Assembly (NCBI GenBank): GCA_045863335.1
Contig: BTVY01000052.1
Coordinates: forward strand, 1 to 44,045
Length of the DNA stretch: 44,045 nt
Direction of reading: 5' to 3'
From: Candidatus Hydrogenedentota bacterium
GTDB taxonomy: Bacteria > Hydrogenedentota > Hydrogenedentia > Hydrogenedentales > SLHB01
A program made the translations under genes and the position numbers. Below the pieces are notes generated by a model. That model was not told the DNA's origin. It searched no databases and saw only the letters and a list, made by a program, of their open reading frames with translations. Below, piece by piece: positions 10,832 through 22,367 of this stretch; within the stretch, counting starts at the first letter, position 1; each line of letters opens with the position of its first letter.

Positions 10832-10999
10832 GGGAGCATTCCCATCGCAATGATTGTGGCGCAGTTTCCGCTGAGGAGTGCACCGAACCGAGATTGCCCG
10901 TGGAAGTCGATGTGGGTTTCGATCTTCCATATGAACGGGCCGGGGATCAATTTCACACCGGTTTGGGCTGAGCACGGAAACGCAGCGGACTACGCACTC

Positions 11000-12022
11000 T
11001 TAGTCGCCGTCGGTCGGCCAGTCCGGGGGTAGCGTCAGTCGCCACACGTCGTTCAACACCGGCCATGAGTTACCGGCGACCGTCCACAGGCTGTCTTTGT
11101 AAACGTACAAGGTCGGCTCGTGGCGCGCGGAGAACGTGGTTGCAGACTCGAATTGGCGCCAGTGTTCGCCGTCTTCCGTATACCAGACGTCCCCGAGATT
11201 GGCGCTGTTCACGTTGTCGTGGCCGCCCACGATCCAGAGCCGGTCCCGGTATGTTTCCGCAATGAACCATTGCCGCGGGGCCCACGGCGCCTGCTCCAAT
11301 ACGCAGGTCCACTCCACGCCGTCGGCTGAACACCAGACGTCGTTGTGCGTGGTGATGTTGTCGTAACCTTTCTCAGGCGGCTCGTTTGCCTCGGACGTGC
11401 ACCCGCCCATGAGCCACAGCTTGTCCTTGTACACGGCAACTGCCGACGCGCATCGCTCGCCGTAGTCGGCATTCTCCACCACGCAGGTCCAATGGACGCC
11501 GTCCGTCGTGCGCCACACGTCGGGGCCGCTGCCCAATTGCCAGATCTGGTTGTCGAAGACCACCACTTCGCCGTAGCTTCTGACCCCGAAGGGCGTGTGC
11601 TCCGAAACCTGCTCCCAGTTCTCGCCGTCGGCCGATCGCCACACGCTGTCTTTGATGGCCCAGAGATAACCGTCAAATACGACCAACTCGCTGTATCCAT
11701 CGTATGGTGTGGCCGAACTCACCAGCGTCCAATCCGCGCCATCGGCCGACGACCACAAGTCGCGCGTCAAGACGTTGTCGTGGTAGTAGCCGTTGCTGAG
11801 CCACATTTTGTCTTTGAACACTGCGCCCTCAGCCGTATCGCGCGGGCTGAACGCCGCTTCCGCAGTGACCTGCGCCCAAGTGCCAAACGGGGTGGCCGGC
11901 ACATCCACATCGACTTGCTGGCTCGACGCCGCAAGACTAAATACGAATGCAGTCGCTGCCACGAGAAGTCCTTTGGGCCCGATGCGGCGGGGAGCTGCTA
12001 TCGGCTCATTACTGCTTACCAT
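11000..12022 (-). CDS. Secreted Kelch-like beta-propeller protein
   Basis: Repeats of 'V(F/Y)KDKLW..GG...DVW.S.DG..W'; hydrophobic N-terminal segment; GGAG upstream of ATG 12022. Confidence 0.75.
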   Translation of the reverse strand: MVSSNEPIAAPRRIGPKGLLVAATAFVFSLAASSQQVDVDVPATPFGTWAQVTAEAAFSPRDTAEGAVFKDKMWLSNGYYHDNVLTRDLWSSADGADWTLVSSATPYDGYSELVVFDGYLWAIKDSVWRSADGENWEQVSEHTPFGVRSYGEVVVFDNQIWQLGSGPDVWRTTDGVHWTCVVENADYGERCASAVAVYKDKLWLMGGCTSEANEPPEKGYDNITTHNDVWCSADGVEWTCVLEQAPWAPRQWFIAETYRDRLWIVGGHDNVNSANLGDVWYTEDGEHWRQFESATTFSARHEPTLYVYKDSLWTVAGNSWPVLNDVWRLTLPPDWPTDGD

Positions 12023-12260
12023 CGGGTCGCCACTCCAAAACCTGGTTTCGTTGTCGTCCACGAGCCATTCCCGGAACGGGGTGTGCCTGAGCGGCGCGCT
12101 ACCGTTCTTCAACGGAGCGCCCAACTGAGGAACTAAGCATCTGATCGTAACCGAATCGAGCGTGTCGATGGGAGTTTGCGTACTCGCCACGCACGGCAGC
12201 CGCAGGGAGGTACTGAGGACACTGACACTTCCGCTTTGCGAGCTGGGATAAATCTACATC

Positions 12261-12289
12261 TTGACAATGTCCGGAATTCGCCGTAAACT
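12261..12289 (+). promoter_or_regulatory. sigma70-type promoter of furA-katG (likely leaderless transcript)
   Basis: TTGACA (12261-66), 17-bp spacer, TAAACT (12284-89); ATG follows 7 nt after the -10 with no SD sequence. Confidence 0.7.
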
Positions 12290-12296
12290 TTTCTCC

Positions 12297-12731
12297 ATGA
12301 TTGACCCAGCACAACTCCTCCGCGAACGCGGCCTTCAAGTCACGGCCCAACGCCTGGCCGTGCTGCGGGCCGTCTCCGCCAAACCACATGCCACTGCAGA
12401 CGAGATTGCTGAGGAGGTGCGCGCTATTATCGGCGCCATATCCCGGCAGGCGGTGTACGACGCCCTCGCGATCCTTGTCGATACGGGTCTGCTTCGGCGC
12501 ATTCAGCCCGCCCGGTCACCGGCCCTCTATGAGGATCGGGTCGACGACAACCATCACCACATCATTTGCCGCATCTGCGGAAAGACGACCGACGTCGATT
12601 GCGCCGTAGGCGAGAGACCTTGCCTGATCGCCGCCGACGACCAGGGATATGAGATTGACGAGGCCGAGGTGATCTTCTGGGGCAAGTGTCCGGAATGCCG
12701 TAAGGGGTCCTCTGTCTTGGAGACGAACTGA
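12297..12731 (+). CDS. furA: Fur-family peroxide-responsive regulator (FurA/PerR/CatR type)
   Basis: [27 protein letters not shown] and [10 protein letters not shown] motifs; directly upstream of katG. Confidence 0.88.
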   Translation: MIDPAQLLRERGLQVTAQRLAVLRAVSAKPHATADEIAEEVRAIIGAISRQAVYDALAILVDTGLLRRIQPARSPALYEDRVDDNHHHIICRICGKTTDVDCAVGERPCLIAADDQGYEIDEAEVIFWGKCPECRKGSSVLETN

Positions 12732-12777
12732 ATCGGTGTGTATCAGTTCGTGTTTGAACCGCGTTTATGGATGTTGA

Positions 12778-15156
<2,379 letters not shown>

Positions 15157-15182
15157 TTCGCGGCCAGGCGCGCGCAGATACA

Positions 15183-15220
15183 CCGGGGCCGGTTCGGAAG
15201 CGTCTTCGAACCGGCCCCGG
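15183..15220. terminator. Bidirectional hairpin between convergent katG and DUF2255 genes
   Basis: CCGGGGCCGGTTCG ... CGAACCGGCCCCGG, 14-bp perfect arms; no long U-run. Confidence 0.7.
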
Positions 15221-15302
15221 CCGATATTGCGCTGTAGTTGACGTGTACGCGTCGCGCCGCGTTCGCGGCGCTAGAGCGAAGCGGCTGAGCGGTGAGGGGC
15301 AA

Positions 15303-15686
15303 TCACAACGCTCGCGGCCGTATCTCCATAGTCGCCGCGCGAGCCTTGGGGCTGATCATCGGATCCAGATACGGACTGCCGTGATACTTTGCCCGGTAGG
15401 CATCGTCGACTCGTTCATTGATTGGGCCGTCGACCGGTTCAAAGTTGACCTCCTTTGTCATGCCGGCGGCCGTAATCCGTCCCGCGTTCTGGCGTAATGC
15501 CGCCTGGTACCAACGGGAATTTTGCCCGTTGTACGGGCGCACATAGAGCGCATCGTCAACCACGACCGACCAGATCCAGGTTGGCGTGCCGTACGTAACA
15601 CCATCTTCACGAAACGGTGCAATGTGCAGATCATCGCTCTCGGCGATCTTCCGCAATTCGCCACTCGTCCAATCACTCATCGTCAA
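15303..15686 (-). CDS. DUF2255 family protein
   Basis: W...EL..I...DDL.IAPFREDG.TYGTPTWIWSV, YVR.Y.G..S.WY and VDDAYRAKY motifs. Confidence 0.8.
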   Translation of the reverse strand: MTMSDWTSGELRKIAESDDLHIAPFREDGVTYGTPTWIWSVVVDDALYVRPYNGQNSRWYQAALRQNAGRITAAGMTKEVNFEPVDGPINERVDDAYRAKYHGSPYLDPMISPKARAATMEIRPRAL

Positions 15687-15761
15687 CCCCTTTCTCTTGA
15701 TGGCGAGGAGCCGCCGGGAGCGCCCGCCGGCATTTAGAACGGCCAGCCGGGCCCGGCGCTC

Positions 15762-15989
15762 TTACATCGTGTATCCGGGTTTCTTGTAGATCTTGTGAGG
15801 CTGGCGCTGAATGTCCGGCCGGTAGACCTTCTCGGCCCAGTCCTGTGAGCGAACTTCCTCGAAGCCGACGGACACCGATTCCTCGCCGTAGTGGAGCATG
15901 TCCATCACTTCCTTGGCGATGCGGTCCGCCAGCTCCCGTTTCTGTTCTTCCGATTTCCCGGGCCACAATTTCACAATGACGTGGGGCAT
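15762..15989 (-). CDS. 4-oxalocrotonate tautomerase family protein
   Basis: Begins [17 protein letters not shown] with the catalytic N-terminal Pro; 75 aa; GAGG RBS. Confidence 0.9.
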   Translation of the reverse strand: MPHVIVKLWPGKSEEQKRELADRIAKEVMDMLHYGEESVSVGFEEVRSQDWAEKVYRPDIQRQPHKIYKKPGYTM

Positions 15990-15997
15990 GACATACC

Positions 15998-16747
15998 TCA
16001 GATCGGTTGTGCGGTGGGCCGGAACAGGATTTCATTCACATCCACGTCATCCGGCTCGTTGATGGCAAACGCCACCATGCGAGCGAAGGTTTCGGCCGGA
16101 ACCGCGATCTTGCTGACAAAGTCTTTCGTTTGCGCTTGAATCTTCTCGTCACTGATGTGCTCGAGCAATTCCGTCGCGACCGCGCCTGGGGAAATTACGG
16201 TGGTCCGGATGTTGTACGGTTTGACTTCCTGACGAAGTCCCTCCGACAGCGCCCGAACCGCGAACTTCGTCGCGCAATAGACGGTGGCGTCGGGTCCGAG
16301 CTTGTGGCCGTAAACAGACGAGACGTTGATGATATGGCCGCTCTTCTGCTGCTTCATGTGGGGCAGCGCCGCGGCAATGCCGTAGAGCACGCCTTTGACG
16401 TTTACATCGATCATTTGGTCCCACTCGTCCGTCTTGAGCTTCTCAAGCGGCGCGAGCGGCATCAGGCCGGCGTTGTTGAGCATGACATCGATTCGGCCGT
16501 AGGCCTCAACGGCTTTGTCGACGAGCGCCTTGACTTGCTGCCGGTCCGCCACATCCGTCGTAACGGCGAGGGCCTTGCCGCCCTGCTCGACAAGTTCAGC
16601 GGCCAAGGCTTCGATGCGGTCTGCCCGGCGCGCCGCCAGGACAACAGTTGCGCCCTCTGAACACAGCAGCCGCGCGGTTGCCTCACCGAGACCGCTGCTG
16701 GCCCCGGTAATGACGACGACTTTTCCTTTGATATTTGCACTTAGCAT
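15998..16747 (-). CDS. SDR family oxidoreductase
   Basis: [17 protein letters not shown] and ISPG motifs. Confidence 0.93.
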   Translation of the reverse strand: MLSANIKGKVVVITGASSGLGEATARLLCSEGATVVLAARRADRIEALAAELVEQGGKALAVTTDVADRQQVKALVDKAVEAYGRIDVMLNNAGLMPLAPLEKLKTDEWDQMIDVNVKGVLYGIAAALPHMKQQKSGHIINVSSVYGHKLGPDATVYCATKFAVRALSEGLRQEVKPYNIRTTVISPGAVATELLEHISDEKIQAQTKDFVSKIAVPAETFARMVAFAINEPDDVDVNEILFRPTAQPI

Positions 16748-16804
16748 GGTTGGATTCCTTTCGTTGATAAGACGGTTCGCGCGATAAGTCTCTCGCGGTC
16801 TCCG

Positions 16805-17317
16805 TTACGTTCCGTATTGCTCGCTGCTGACCTGCTCCATCCAATCGACGGCCTTTCCATCGAGTTTCTCCTGAATGGCAATGTGTGTCATGGCGGTAGA
16901 GGCCGTCGCTCCGTGCCAATGTTTCTCGCCCGGCGGGAACCACACGACATCACCAGGGCGGATTTCCTCCACGGGACCGCCATCGCGCTGTACCCAACCG
17001 CAGCCGGCAGTTACGATCAGGGTCTGGCCGAGCGGGTGCGTGTGCCACGCGGTCCGCGCACCGGGTTCAAAGGTGACGCTCGCGCCGTTGACGCGGGCCG
17101 GGTCCGTGCGGTCGAACAAGGGGTCGATCCACACCCTGCCGGTAAACCAATCCGAAGGTCCCTCGATCGAGGGCTTTGATCCCACTCGTTGAATATCCAT
17201 GTGCTGTTCCTCCGTATCGTGTGCGGTTGCTGCGGTCAGAACGGGCATCGCGGCCGCAGCCGCCGAGACCGCAATCAGAAATTCGCGTCTGCTAGAGTCC
17301 GGTTTGTCGTTGAACAT
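16805..17317 (-). CDS. Cupin domain protein with Tat-like N-terminal leader (alternative start at 17200)
   Basis: [18 protein letters not shown] and PGEKHWHGA cupin motifs; SRREFL leader. Confidence 0.85.
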   Translation of the reverse strand: MFNDKPDSSRREFLIAVSAAAAAMPVLTAATAHDTEEQHMDIQRVGSKPSIEGPSDWFTGRVWIDPLFDRTDPARVNGASVTFEPGARTAWHTHPLGQTLIVTAGCGWVQRDGGPVEEIRPGDVVWFPPGEKHWHGATASTAMTHIAIQEKLDGKAVDWMEQVSSEQYGT

Positions 17318-17571
17318 GGTGCATCGCCTCTTGTGGACGCCCGACGCTCAATGCGCCTTGCGATGTTCGTTTACGATCGGCGTCGCTCATCCAAGGGTTT
17401 TGGCGTCGCGCATGACTAAATGGTACGCGTGAATCGGCAAAAGCCGGTAGATTGATCCTCTTTGATTATTGCCTATTTATGCGAGTGATTATGTTTATGT
17501 TGCACCCCAATGGTTTGCGTGGTAACATTTGGTCATGCGGTTGCGTTGAGAAAGTCGATAAAATAGGGGAA

Positions 17572-18489
17572 ATGGCTGTGCGCACTTTGCAGGCGGCAAT
17601 TCAGGGCCTGACCACGAGTATTGCCCGATTGACTGAGCGGGGCGAGTTGACCGCAACGGCCGTTCCCGGCCTGTCGCTGTTTCGGCGGGATGAGCCGACG
17701 GAACCCGTGACGGGCATGTACGATCCGAGCATTTGCATGGTTGCGCAGGGCGCAAAGCGTGTAACCCTCGGCGACGACACGTATGTGTACGATGCGCACC
17801 GTTACTTGATCACGTCGGTGCATCTACCGACGGTGTTTCAGATTATCGACGCGAGCGAAGCGAAGCCGTATCTGGGTCTTCGGTTGATGCTCGACCAGCG
17901 CGAGATTTCCCAACTGATGCTGGACAGCAATCTGCCGGCTCCCCGCACGCAACAATCCAGCCGGGGCATGGCGACGGGCGAGGTGACGCTTCCGCTGCTC
18001 AGCGCGATTCAGCGGCTGGTCGATTTGCTCGACGACGAACGCGACATTCCGATACTGGCGCCGACCATTCAGCGAGAAATCACGTACCGTTTGCTCGTGG
18101 GCGAACAGGGCGCGCGCCTGCGTCAGATTGCGACGGCGGGGAGCCAAAGCCAGCAGATTGCGCGGGCTATTGATTGGTTAAACGGAAACTTTGCGAAGCC
18201 ATTGCGCGTAGAGGAACTTGCCAAGCAGTCGAACATGAGCACCTCGACCTTTCACCACCATTTCCGGTCGATGACCGCGCTGAGTCCGCTGCAATATCAA
18301 AAGAATCTGCGCTTGCAGGAAGCCAGACGGTTGATGCTCATGGAGCGTATGGACGCGTCGACCGCCGCGTTCGAAGTGGGCTACGAAAGTCCATCGCAAT
18401 TCAGCCGTGAGTACAGTCGTCTCTTCGGTCAACCGCCGCTACGCGACATCTCGAATTTGCGTCACGTGGCGGTCGGGGAGAGTGCGTAG
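17572..18489 (+). CDS. AraC family transcriptional regulator (AraC_N-type sensor domain)
   Basis: AQGAKRV.LG and EI.YRLL.G.QG motifs; C-terminal HTH (MS.STFHHHF, SPLQYQK.LRL, VGYESPSQFSREY.R.FG); divergent from the cupin-SDR operon. Confidence 0.92.
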   Translation: MAVRTLQAAIQGLTTSIARLTERGELTATAVPGLSLFRRDEPTEPVTGMYDPSICMVAQGAKRVTLGDDTYVYDAHRYLITSVHLPTVFQIIDASEAKPYLGLRLMLDQREISQLMLDSNLPAPRTQQSSRGMATGEVTLPLLSAIQRLVDLLDDERDIPILAPTIQREITYRLLVGEQGARLRQIATAGSQSQQIARAIDWLNGNFAKPLRVEELAKQSNMSTSTFHHHFRSMTALSPLQYQKNLRLQEARRLMLMERMDASTAAFEVGYESPSQFSREYSRLFGQPPLRDISNLRHVAVGESA

Positions 18490-18492
18490 CGC

Positions 18493-18573
18493 GCGGCGGT
18501 CGACGTTGTCGGAGAATCCGCAGTAGTAGTGGCCGGACGTGGCGCTTTGGAGGATATAGGTCCAGTAGGGCAT
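18493..18573 (-). pseudogene. Truncated third GIY-YIG copy (first ~27 codons)
   Basis: Translates MPYWTYILQSATSGHYYCGFSDNVDRR versus MPYWTYILRSATSGRYYCGFSDNVARR in the intact copies. Homology stops at the araC stop codon; in-frame stop at 18439-41. Confidence 0.88.
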
Positions 18574-18598
18574 GGGATCGCTCCTTGCCTTGGCCTGG

Positions 18599-18636
18599 AA
18601 GAAAGCGCCCCGGTCCAGTTTTCACCGGACCGGGGC
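18599..18636 (-). terminator. Intrinsic terminator, array unit 3
   Basis: Minus strand GCCCCGGTCCGGT-GAAA-ACTGGACCGGGGC followed by GCTTTCTT. Confidence 0.7.
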
Positions 18637-18684
18637 ATATATGCATAAACCCCGGCTACTTCAATGCCACCGAGGGAAGGCATA

Positions 18685-18787
18685 TGGCTCACCCCGCCGT
18701 TGGCGGGACCCTGCGGGCCGAGTCAGACTCGAACTTGCGACCCGCTGGTTAATCCCGCGTGCCGCGGGACTCTACCAACTGAGCTAT
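18685..18787 (-). pseudogene. Pseudo-tRNA-Asn copy with two hairpin insertions
   Basis: Matches tRNA-Asn nt 7-24 and 35-76. Nt 25-34 are replaced by TCCCGCGGCACGCGGGA, and a 26-nt hairpin insertion lies in the acceptor 3' strand. Confidence 0.88.
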
Positions 18788-19050
18788 TCACCGTTCCCGA
18801 GTTTCAGGTCGTCCAGATAGCGGCCGATGCCGCGCTTCTTGATCTTCTTCTCCAACGCCATGGCCTCGGCGCGCGTGGCGGACTCGTTTTGCCAGACGAG
18901 TTCCCAAGGACCCTCGAAGCGTTTCGTGGTTTTCGAGCCGTGGTAGTTGGGGTCGTTGTGTTCGGCGACTCGGCGGGCCACGTTGTCGGAGAACCCGCAG
19001 TAGTAGCGGCCGGACGTGGCGCTACGCAGAATGTAGGTCCAGTAGGGCAT
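18784..19050 (-). CDS. Small GIY-YIG nuclease family protein (UPF0213/YhbQ-like), copy 2
   Basis: YWTYIL.S...GRYYCG.S.N..RR..EHN and EA...E..IKK motifs; 88 aa; identical to 43494-43760. Confidence 0.9.
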   Translation of the reverse strand: MPYWTYILRSATSGRYYCGFSDNVARRVAEHNDPNYHGSKTTKRFEGPWELVWQNESATRAEAMALEKKIKKRGIGRYLDDLKLGNGE

Positions 19051-19069
19051 GGGGTTGCTCTTTGCCTGG

Positions 19070-19107
19070 AAAAAAGCGCCCCGATCCAGTTTTCACCGGA
19101 CCGGGGC
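19070..19107 (-). terminator. Intrinsic terminator upstream of GIY-YIG copy 2
   Basis: 13-bp stem with GAAA loop followed by GCTTTTTT. Confidence 0.75.
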
Positions 19108-19169
19108 ATATATGCATAAACCCCGGCTAAAAGTTACTGCCGCCGAGGGAAGGCATATGGCTCCGCGCG

Positions 19170-19592
19170 ATGCGAACTCAGCGAACTTTTGCTTGCGGAT
19201 GGCACGTAGCGCCGGTCCATCGCAACTCGTTAGATCGCAATGTGATATATGCGGTGACTCAAGCTGAGGAGCCGGGCGAGAACGAACCGATCAGTGCAAT
19301 AGCGCTCTCATTGTCCTTTCGAAAGATGCTGGACGAAGGTACAGTCCGCGATCCGACCCACCTTGCGCAGCAATTGGGTCTGACTCGGGCTCGAGTCACC
19401 CAAATCCTGAACCTCCTCAAACTTCCACCAGCGGTCATCACTGAGCTGGGCGACGCCAACGAACCTGCCGAGATTGCCTTCTTCACCGAGAGGCGTCTGC
19501 GTTCCATGACCACGCTTACCTCTGCCCAAGAACAGCTTGAGGCTTTCCAGGCCATGAAAAAGGAACTTGTGGCACTCTCCGTTGCTCAGTAA
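19170..19592 (+). CDS. ParB/KorB-like HTH protein of the kind found beside or at the C-terminus of large serine recombinases
   Basis: F..MLDEG.V.D...LAQQLGLTRARVTQILNLLKLPP and TERRLR motifs; starts 5 bp inside the left junction; may be an N-terminally truncated remnant. Confidence 0.6.
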   Translation: MRTQRTFACGWHVAPVHRNSLDRNVIYAVTQAEEPGENEPISAIALSLSFRKMLDEGTVRDPTHLAQQLGLTRARVTQILNLLKLPPAVITELGDANEPAEIAFFTERRLRSMTTLTSAQEQLEAFQAMKKELVALSVAQ

Positions 19593-19988
19593 CGGCCAGC
19601 TGCCTCGGGTCCGTAGCTCATCCATCCAGGAGACAGACCCATCGCCGGCGAGATAACGGTGGACCCAGGGTAAGTCTCTCGTAGGATGTGAAATTGCAAC
19701 GCGTTCTTGTCAGCTAGGGTTCAGCCTACATAGTGCTCTAGGCAACTGACACTTCCATTGAAAGCAATCAGAAGTGGTGAACCCGTATCAGCAGCGATGG
19801 TCAAACAGAGCGTCGCGGCACCCACTAGCGGCATAGCCATGAACATCGATTCAACTCCAAGGGCAAAGCTGGTGACCTGTCAAGAAATCGACAAAGTACA
19901 TCTGCAAAGATGCCCCCACGACGGCGCGTTGCTACTCGCGCATTTGCACCATGAATAGCACTCTCCGCCGACTCGTATCAGGGGCAAC

Positions 19989-20016
19989 TTGAAATCTATA
20001 CATAAATATGTATAAC
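19989..20016 (+). promoter_or_regulatory. Promoter with overlapping palindromic operator, probably the Rrf2 autoregulatory site
   Basis: TTGAAA-16 bp-TATAAC, with TATACATA-AA-TATGTATA (19997-20014) overlapping the spacer and -10. Confidence 0.65.
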
Positions 20017-20050
20017 TATGGATAGAGGATGCAATCGAGCGAGGTGGTGC

Positions 20051-20467
20051 GTGTTACCCAAGACATCAGAGTACGCTTTGCGGGCTGTGGTGTGGTTGGC
20101 CCGCGAACCGGGGCGAAAGGCTTCGGCCGACCTCCTGGCCGAGCACACGAAGGTACCACGCCGTTATTTGCACAAGGTCTTACAGGACTTGGTGGGCGGC
20201 GGCCTCGTGTGGTCCCAGCCTGGTCCCGGCGGCGGCTACGCGTTGGCGCGACAACCTGAGGATGTCACGATCCTCGACGTGGTCAATTCCGTGGCGCCCT
20301 TGGAGCGTATCCGCAGTTGCCCGCTTGGGCTTCCATCGCACACGACACTCTGCCCTCTCCACAGCGAATTGGACCGGGTCTACGCCGCGGCGGAACGTGC
20401 GCTGGGGCGCGTGACGATTGCAGAGTTGCTCCGTTCGGCAAGCCCAGTCGTTCCGTTGTGCGGGTGA
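20051..20467 (+). CDS. Rrf2 family transcriptional regulator
   Basis: EYALRA, YL.KVL..L, S..G.GGGY.LA and DVV..V motifs; Cys/His set CPLG...H..LCPLH; GTG start after GAGGTG. Confidence 0.92.
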   Translation: MLPKTSEYALRAVVWLAREPGRKASADLLAEHTKVPRRYLHKVLQDLVGGGLVWSQPGPGGGYALARQPEDVTILDVVNSVAPLERIRSCPLGLPSHTTLCPLHSELDRVYAAAERALGRVTIAELLRSASPVVPLCG

Positions 20468-20504
20468 CGTAGCTTCAACGCCAGTTGAAAAAAGGAGAAT
20501 CCCG

Positions 20505-21236
20505 ATGAGCACGATTTCCGTTCAAGACATAGTGGGAGAGATTATCGCACAGCGCCCCATGCTTGCACATGTGTTTGAAGCGGCCGGCGTGGACTACTGC
20601 TGCGGCGGCAAAAAGACGCTGGAGGTGGCATGCCGGGAAAAGGGCCTTGATCCGCAGGCGTTCGCCGACAAGCTGGTGCGGTCAGAGGCGGCGTCCGAGG
20701 GGGAGCCGCTGGCGGATGCGGCGGCTATGTCGCTCACGGAGTTGGCCGACCACATCGAACACACGCACCATGCTTACCTCCGCTCGGAGTTGCCTCGGCT
20801 TGACGCGCTCACGGAGAAAGTGGCCTCCGTGCATGGAGGGGAAGACGCTCGCCTGCACGACGTTCGCAAGACCTTGCTTTCTCTGGCCGCCGAAATGACC
20901 AGCCACATGATGAAGGAAGAACAAATCCTGTTTCCCATGATACGCCGTCTGGAAATGAGCGATGCGCTTCCGAAGTTTCACTGCGGCTCGATCGCCAATC
21001 CGATCCGGCAGATGGAGATGGAGCATAACGATGCCGGCTCGGCGCTCGAACGAATGCGCGCGCTGACTGATGAATATACTCCGCCTGACTGGGCCTGTAA
21101 TACATACCGTGTGATGCTTGACGCGTTGGCCCGCCTCGAGCTCGACATGCATCAGCACGTTCACAAAGAAGACAACGTGCTGTTCCCGAGCGCCTTCAAG
21201 CTCGAAGCCGGACTTGCCGAAAGGGCAAAGGCGTGA
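20505..21236 (+). CDS. ric: Iron-sulfur cluster repair di-iron protein (Ric/YtfE/ScdA)
   Basis: DYCCGG, HH.YL..ELP, HM.KEE.ILFP, ME.EH and H.HVHKEDNVLFP motifs; AAGGAG RBS. Confidence 0.95.
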   Translation: MSTISVQDIVGEIIAQRPMLAHVFEAAGVDYCCGGKKTLEVACREKGLDPQAFADKLVRSEAASEGEPLADAAAMSLTELADHIEHTHHAYLRSELPRLDALTEKVASVHGGEDARLHDVRKTLLSLAAEMTSHMMKEEQILFPMIRRLEMSDALPKFHCGSIANPIRQMEMEHNDAGSALERMRALTDEYTPPDWACNTYRVMLDALARLELDMHQHVHKEDNVLFPSAFKLEAGLAERAKA

Positions 21237-21865
21237 TGGCCGTGCACGTGGGCGGCAAGCCGCTGGCGGATTTCAGCGCACCCATCGAGATGATGAAAGA
21301 TTGCCACCGGCGGATCGAGCATTTTCTCGAAGTATTGCAGGCGGCCGAACGGCGATTCGGCGGAAGCAATCTTGACGAGGAAGGACGCCACGCATTGGAT
21401 GCCTCGCTGAACTACTTCGCGAACTTCGCGCCGCGCCATACAGCTGACGAGGAGCAGTCGCTATTCCCACGGATGCGAAGTTCCGGCGACTTGGACGCAC
21501 GAGCGGTCTTAGCCGATCTGGAGCGCCTGGCAAACGACCATCGCGGTTGCGAGGCGCTCCATGCGCACGTTCACGGCGTAGTGAGCAATTGGCTCGGAAC
21601 GGGTCGGCTGGACGCCACTCAACGGAGTGGGCTTCGGGCGGCGCTTGATGAACTGATAAGAATCTATGCGGCCCACATTCAGCTTGAGGAAGGCCACGTT
21701 TTTGTGGTTGCAGATCGCATACTAAGGGCCGAGCAGATTCAGGAAATCGGCGAGGAAATGAGAGAGCGGCGATCGCTCGCGGGCCTGGGGCACACAGGCG
21801 TGAGCTTGTTCGAGAAGGAGAGGCTGCAGCCCGAGAGACCCTCGCGGCATGGAGTCGGGCGATGA
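21233..21865 (+). CDS. Hemerythrin-domain protein
   Basis: CHRRIE, RHTADEE.SLFP, DH and HI.LEE motifs; GTGA overlap with ric. Confidence 0.85.
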   Translation: MMAVHVGGKPLADFSAPIEMMKDCHRRIEHFLEVLQAAERRFGGSNLDEEGRHALDASLNYFANFAPRHTADEEQSLFPRMRSSGDLDARAVLADLERLANDHRGCEALHAHVHGVVSNWLGTGRLDATQRSGLRAALDELIRIYAAHIQLEEGHVFVVADRILRAEQIQEIGEEMRERRSLAGLGHTGVSLFEKERLQPERPSRHGVGR

Positions 21866-22224
21866 GCAAGTCACTGCACCTTCGCGTGAAGCAAATCTAT
21901 GAACCTCCGTCAAATCAAGACGGACTTCGAATCCTGGTGGATAGGCTGTGGCCGCGAGGGCTCAAGAAAGAGACCTGCAGACTCGACAGCTGGCTGAAAG
22001 ACATTGCGCCCAGCAATACACTGCGCCGCTGGTTTGGGCATGACCCGGCCCGTTGGGACGAGTTTCAACAGCGCTACTTCGAGGAACTAGATGAGAGACC
22101 GGACATCTGGCAGGCCGTCATGGAGCTGGCGCGGGGGAAAACCGTCACGCTTCTCTATGCGGCTCACGATTCCCAGCACAATAATGCTGTAGCCCTGAAG
22201 AATTATCTTCAACGCGTCCGCTAA
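21862..22224 (+). CDS. DUF488 (YeaO-like) protein
   Basis: DG.RILVDRLWPRGL.KE, W.K.IAPS..LR.WFGHDP and HNNAVALK motifs. Confidence 0.9.
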   Translation: MSKSLHLRVKQIYEPPSNQDGLRILVDRLWPRGLKKETCRLDSWLKDIAPSNTLRRWFGHDPARWDEFQQRYFEELDERPDIWQAVMELARGKTVTLLYAAHDSQHNNAVALKNYLQRVR

Positions 22225-22367
22225 ACCGATGGGATTCGATGACGCCATGATCCGGCGTTCGTAAAACGATTCGACAGGAGATGACGATCCCGGAAGAAGA
22301 AGACCGACGATAGCACACTGCAATCTCCGGCCAAGTTCATTCTGATTTTGTGAAAGGAGAGACTATC

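Larger units (their letters stand above)
18725..19164. repeat. 440-bp direct repeat, left copy (partner 43435-43874)
   Basis: Line-by-line comparison appears identical at offset 24710. Confidence 0.95.

Noticed and set aside
18725-19164. IS element or composite transposon end
   Set aside because: No transposase motifs, terminal inverted repeats or target duplication; the repeat is explained as an array unit.
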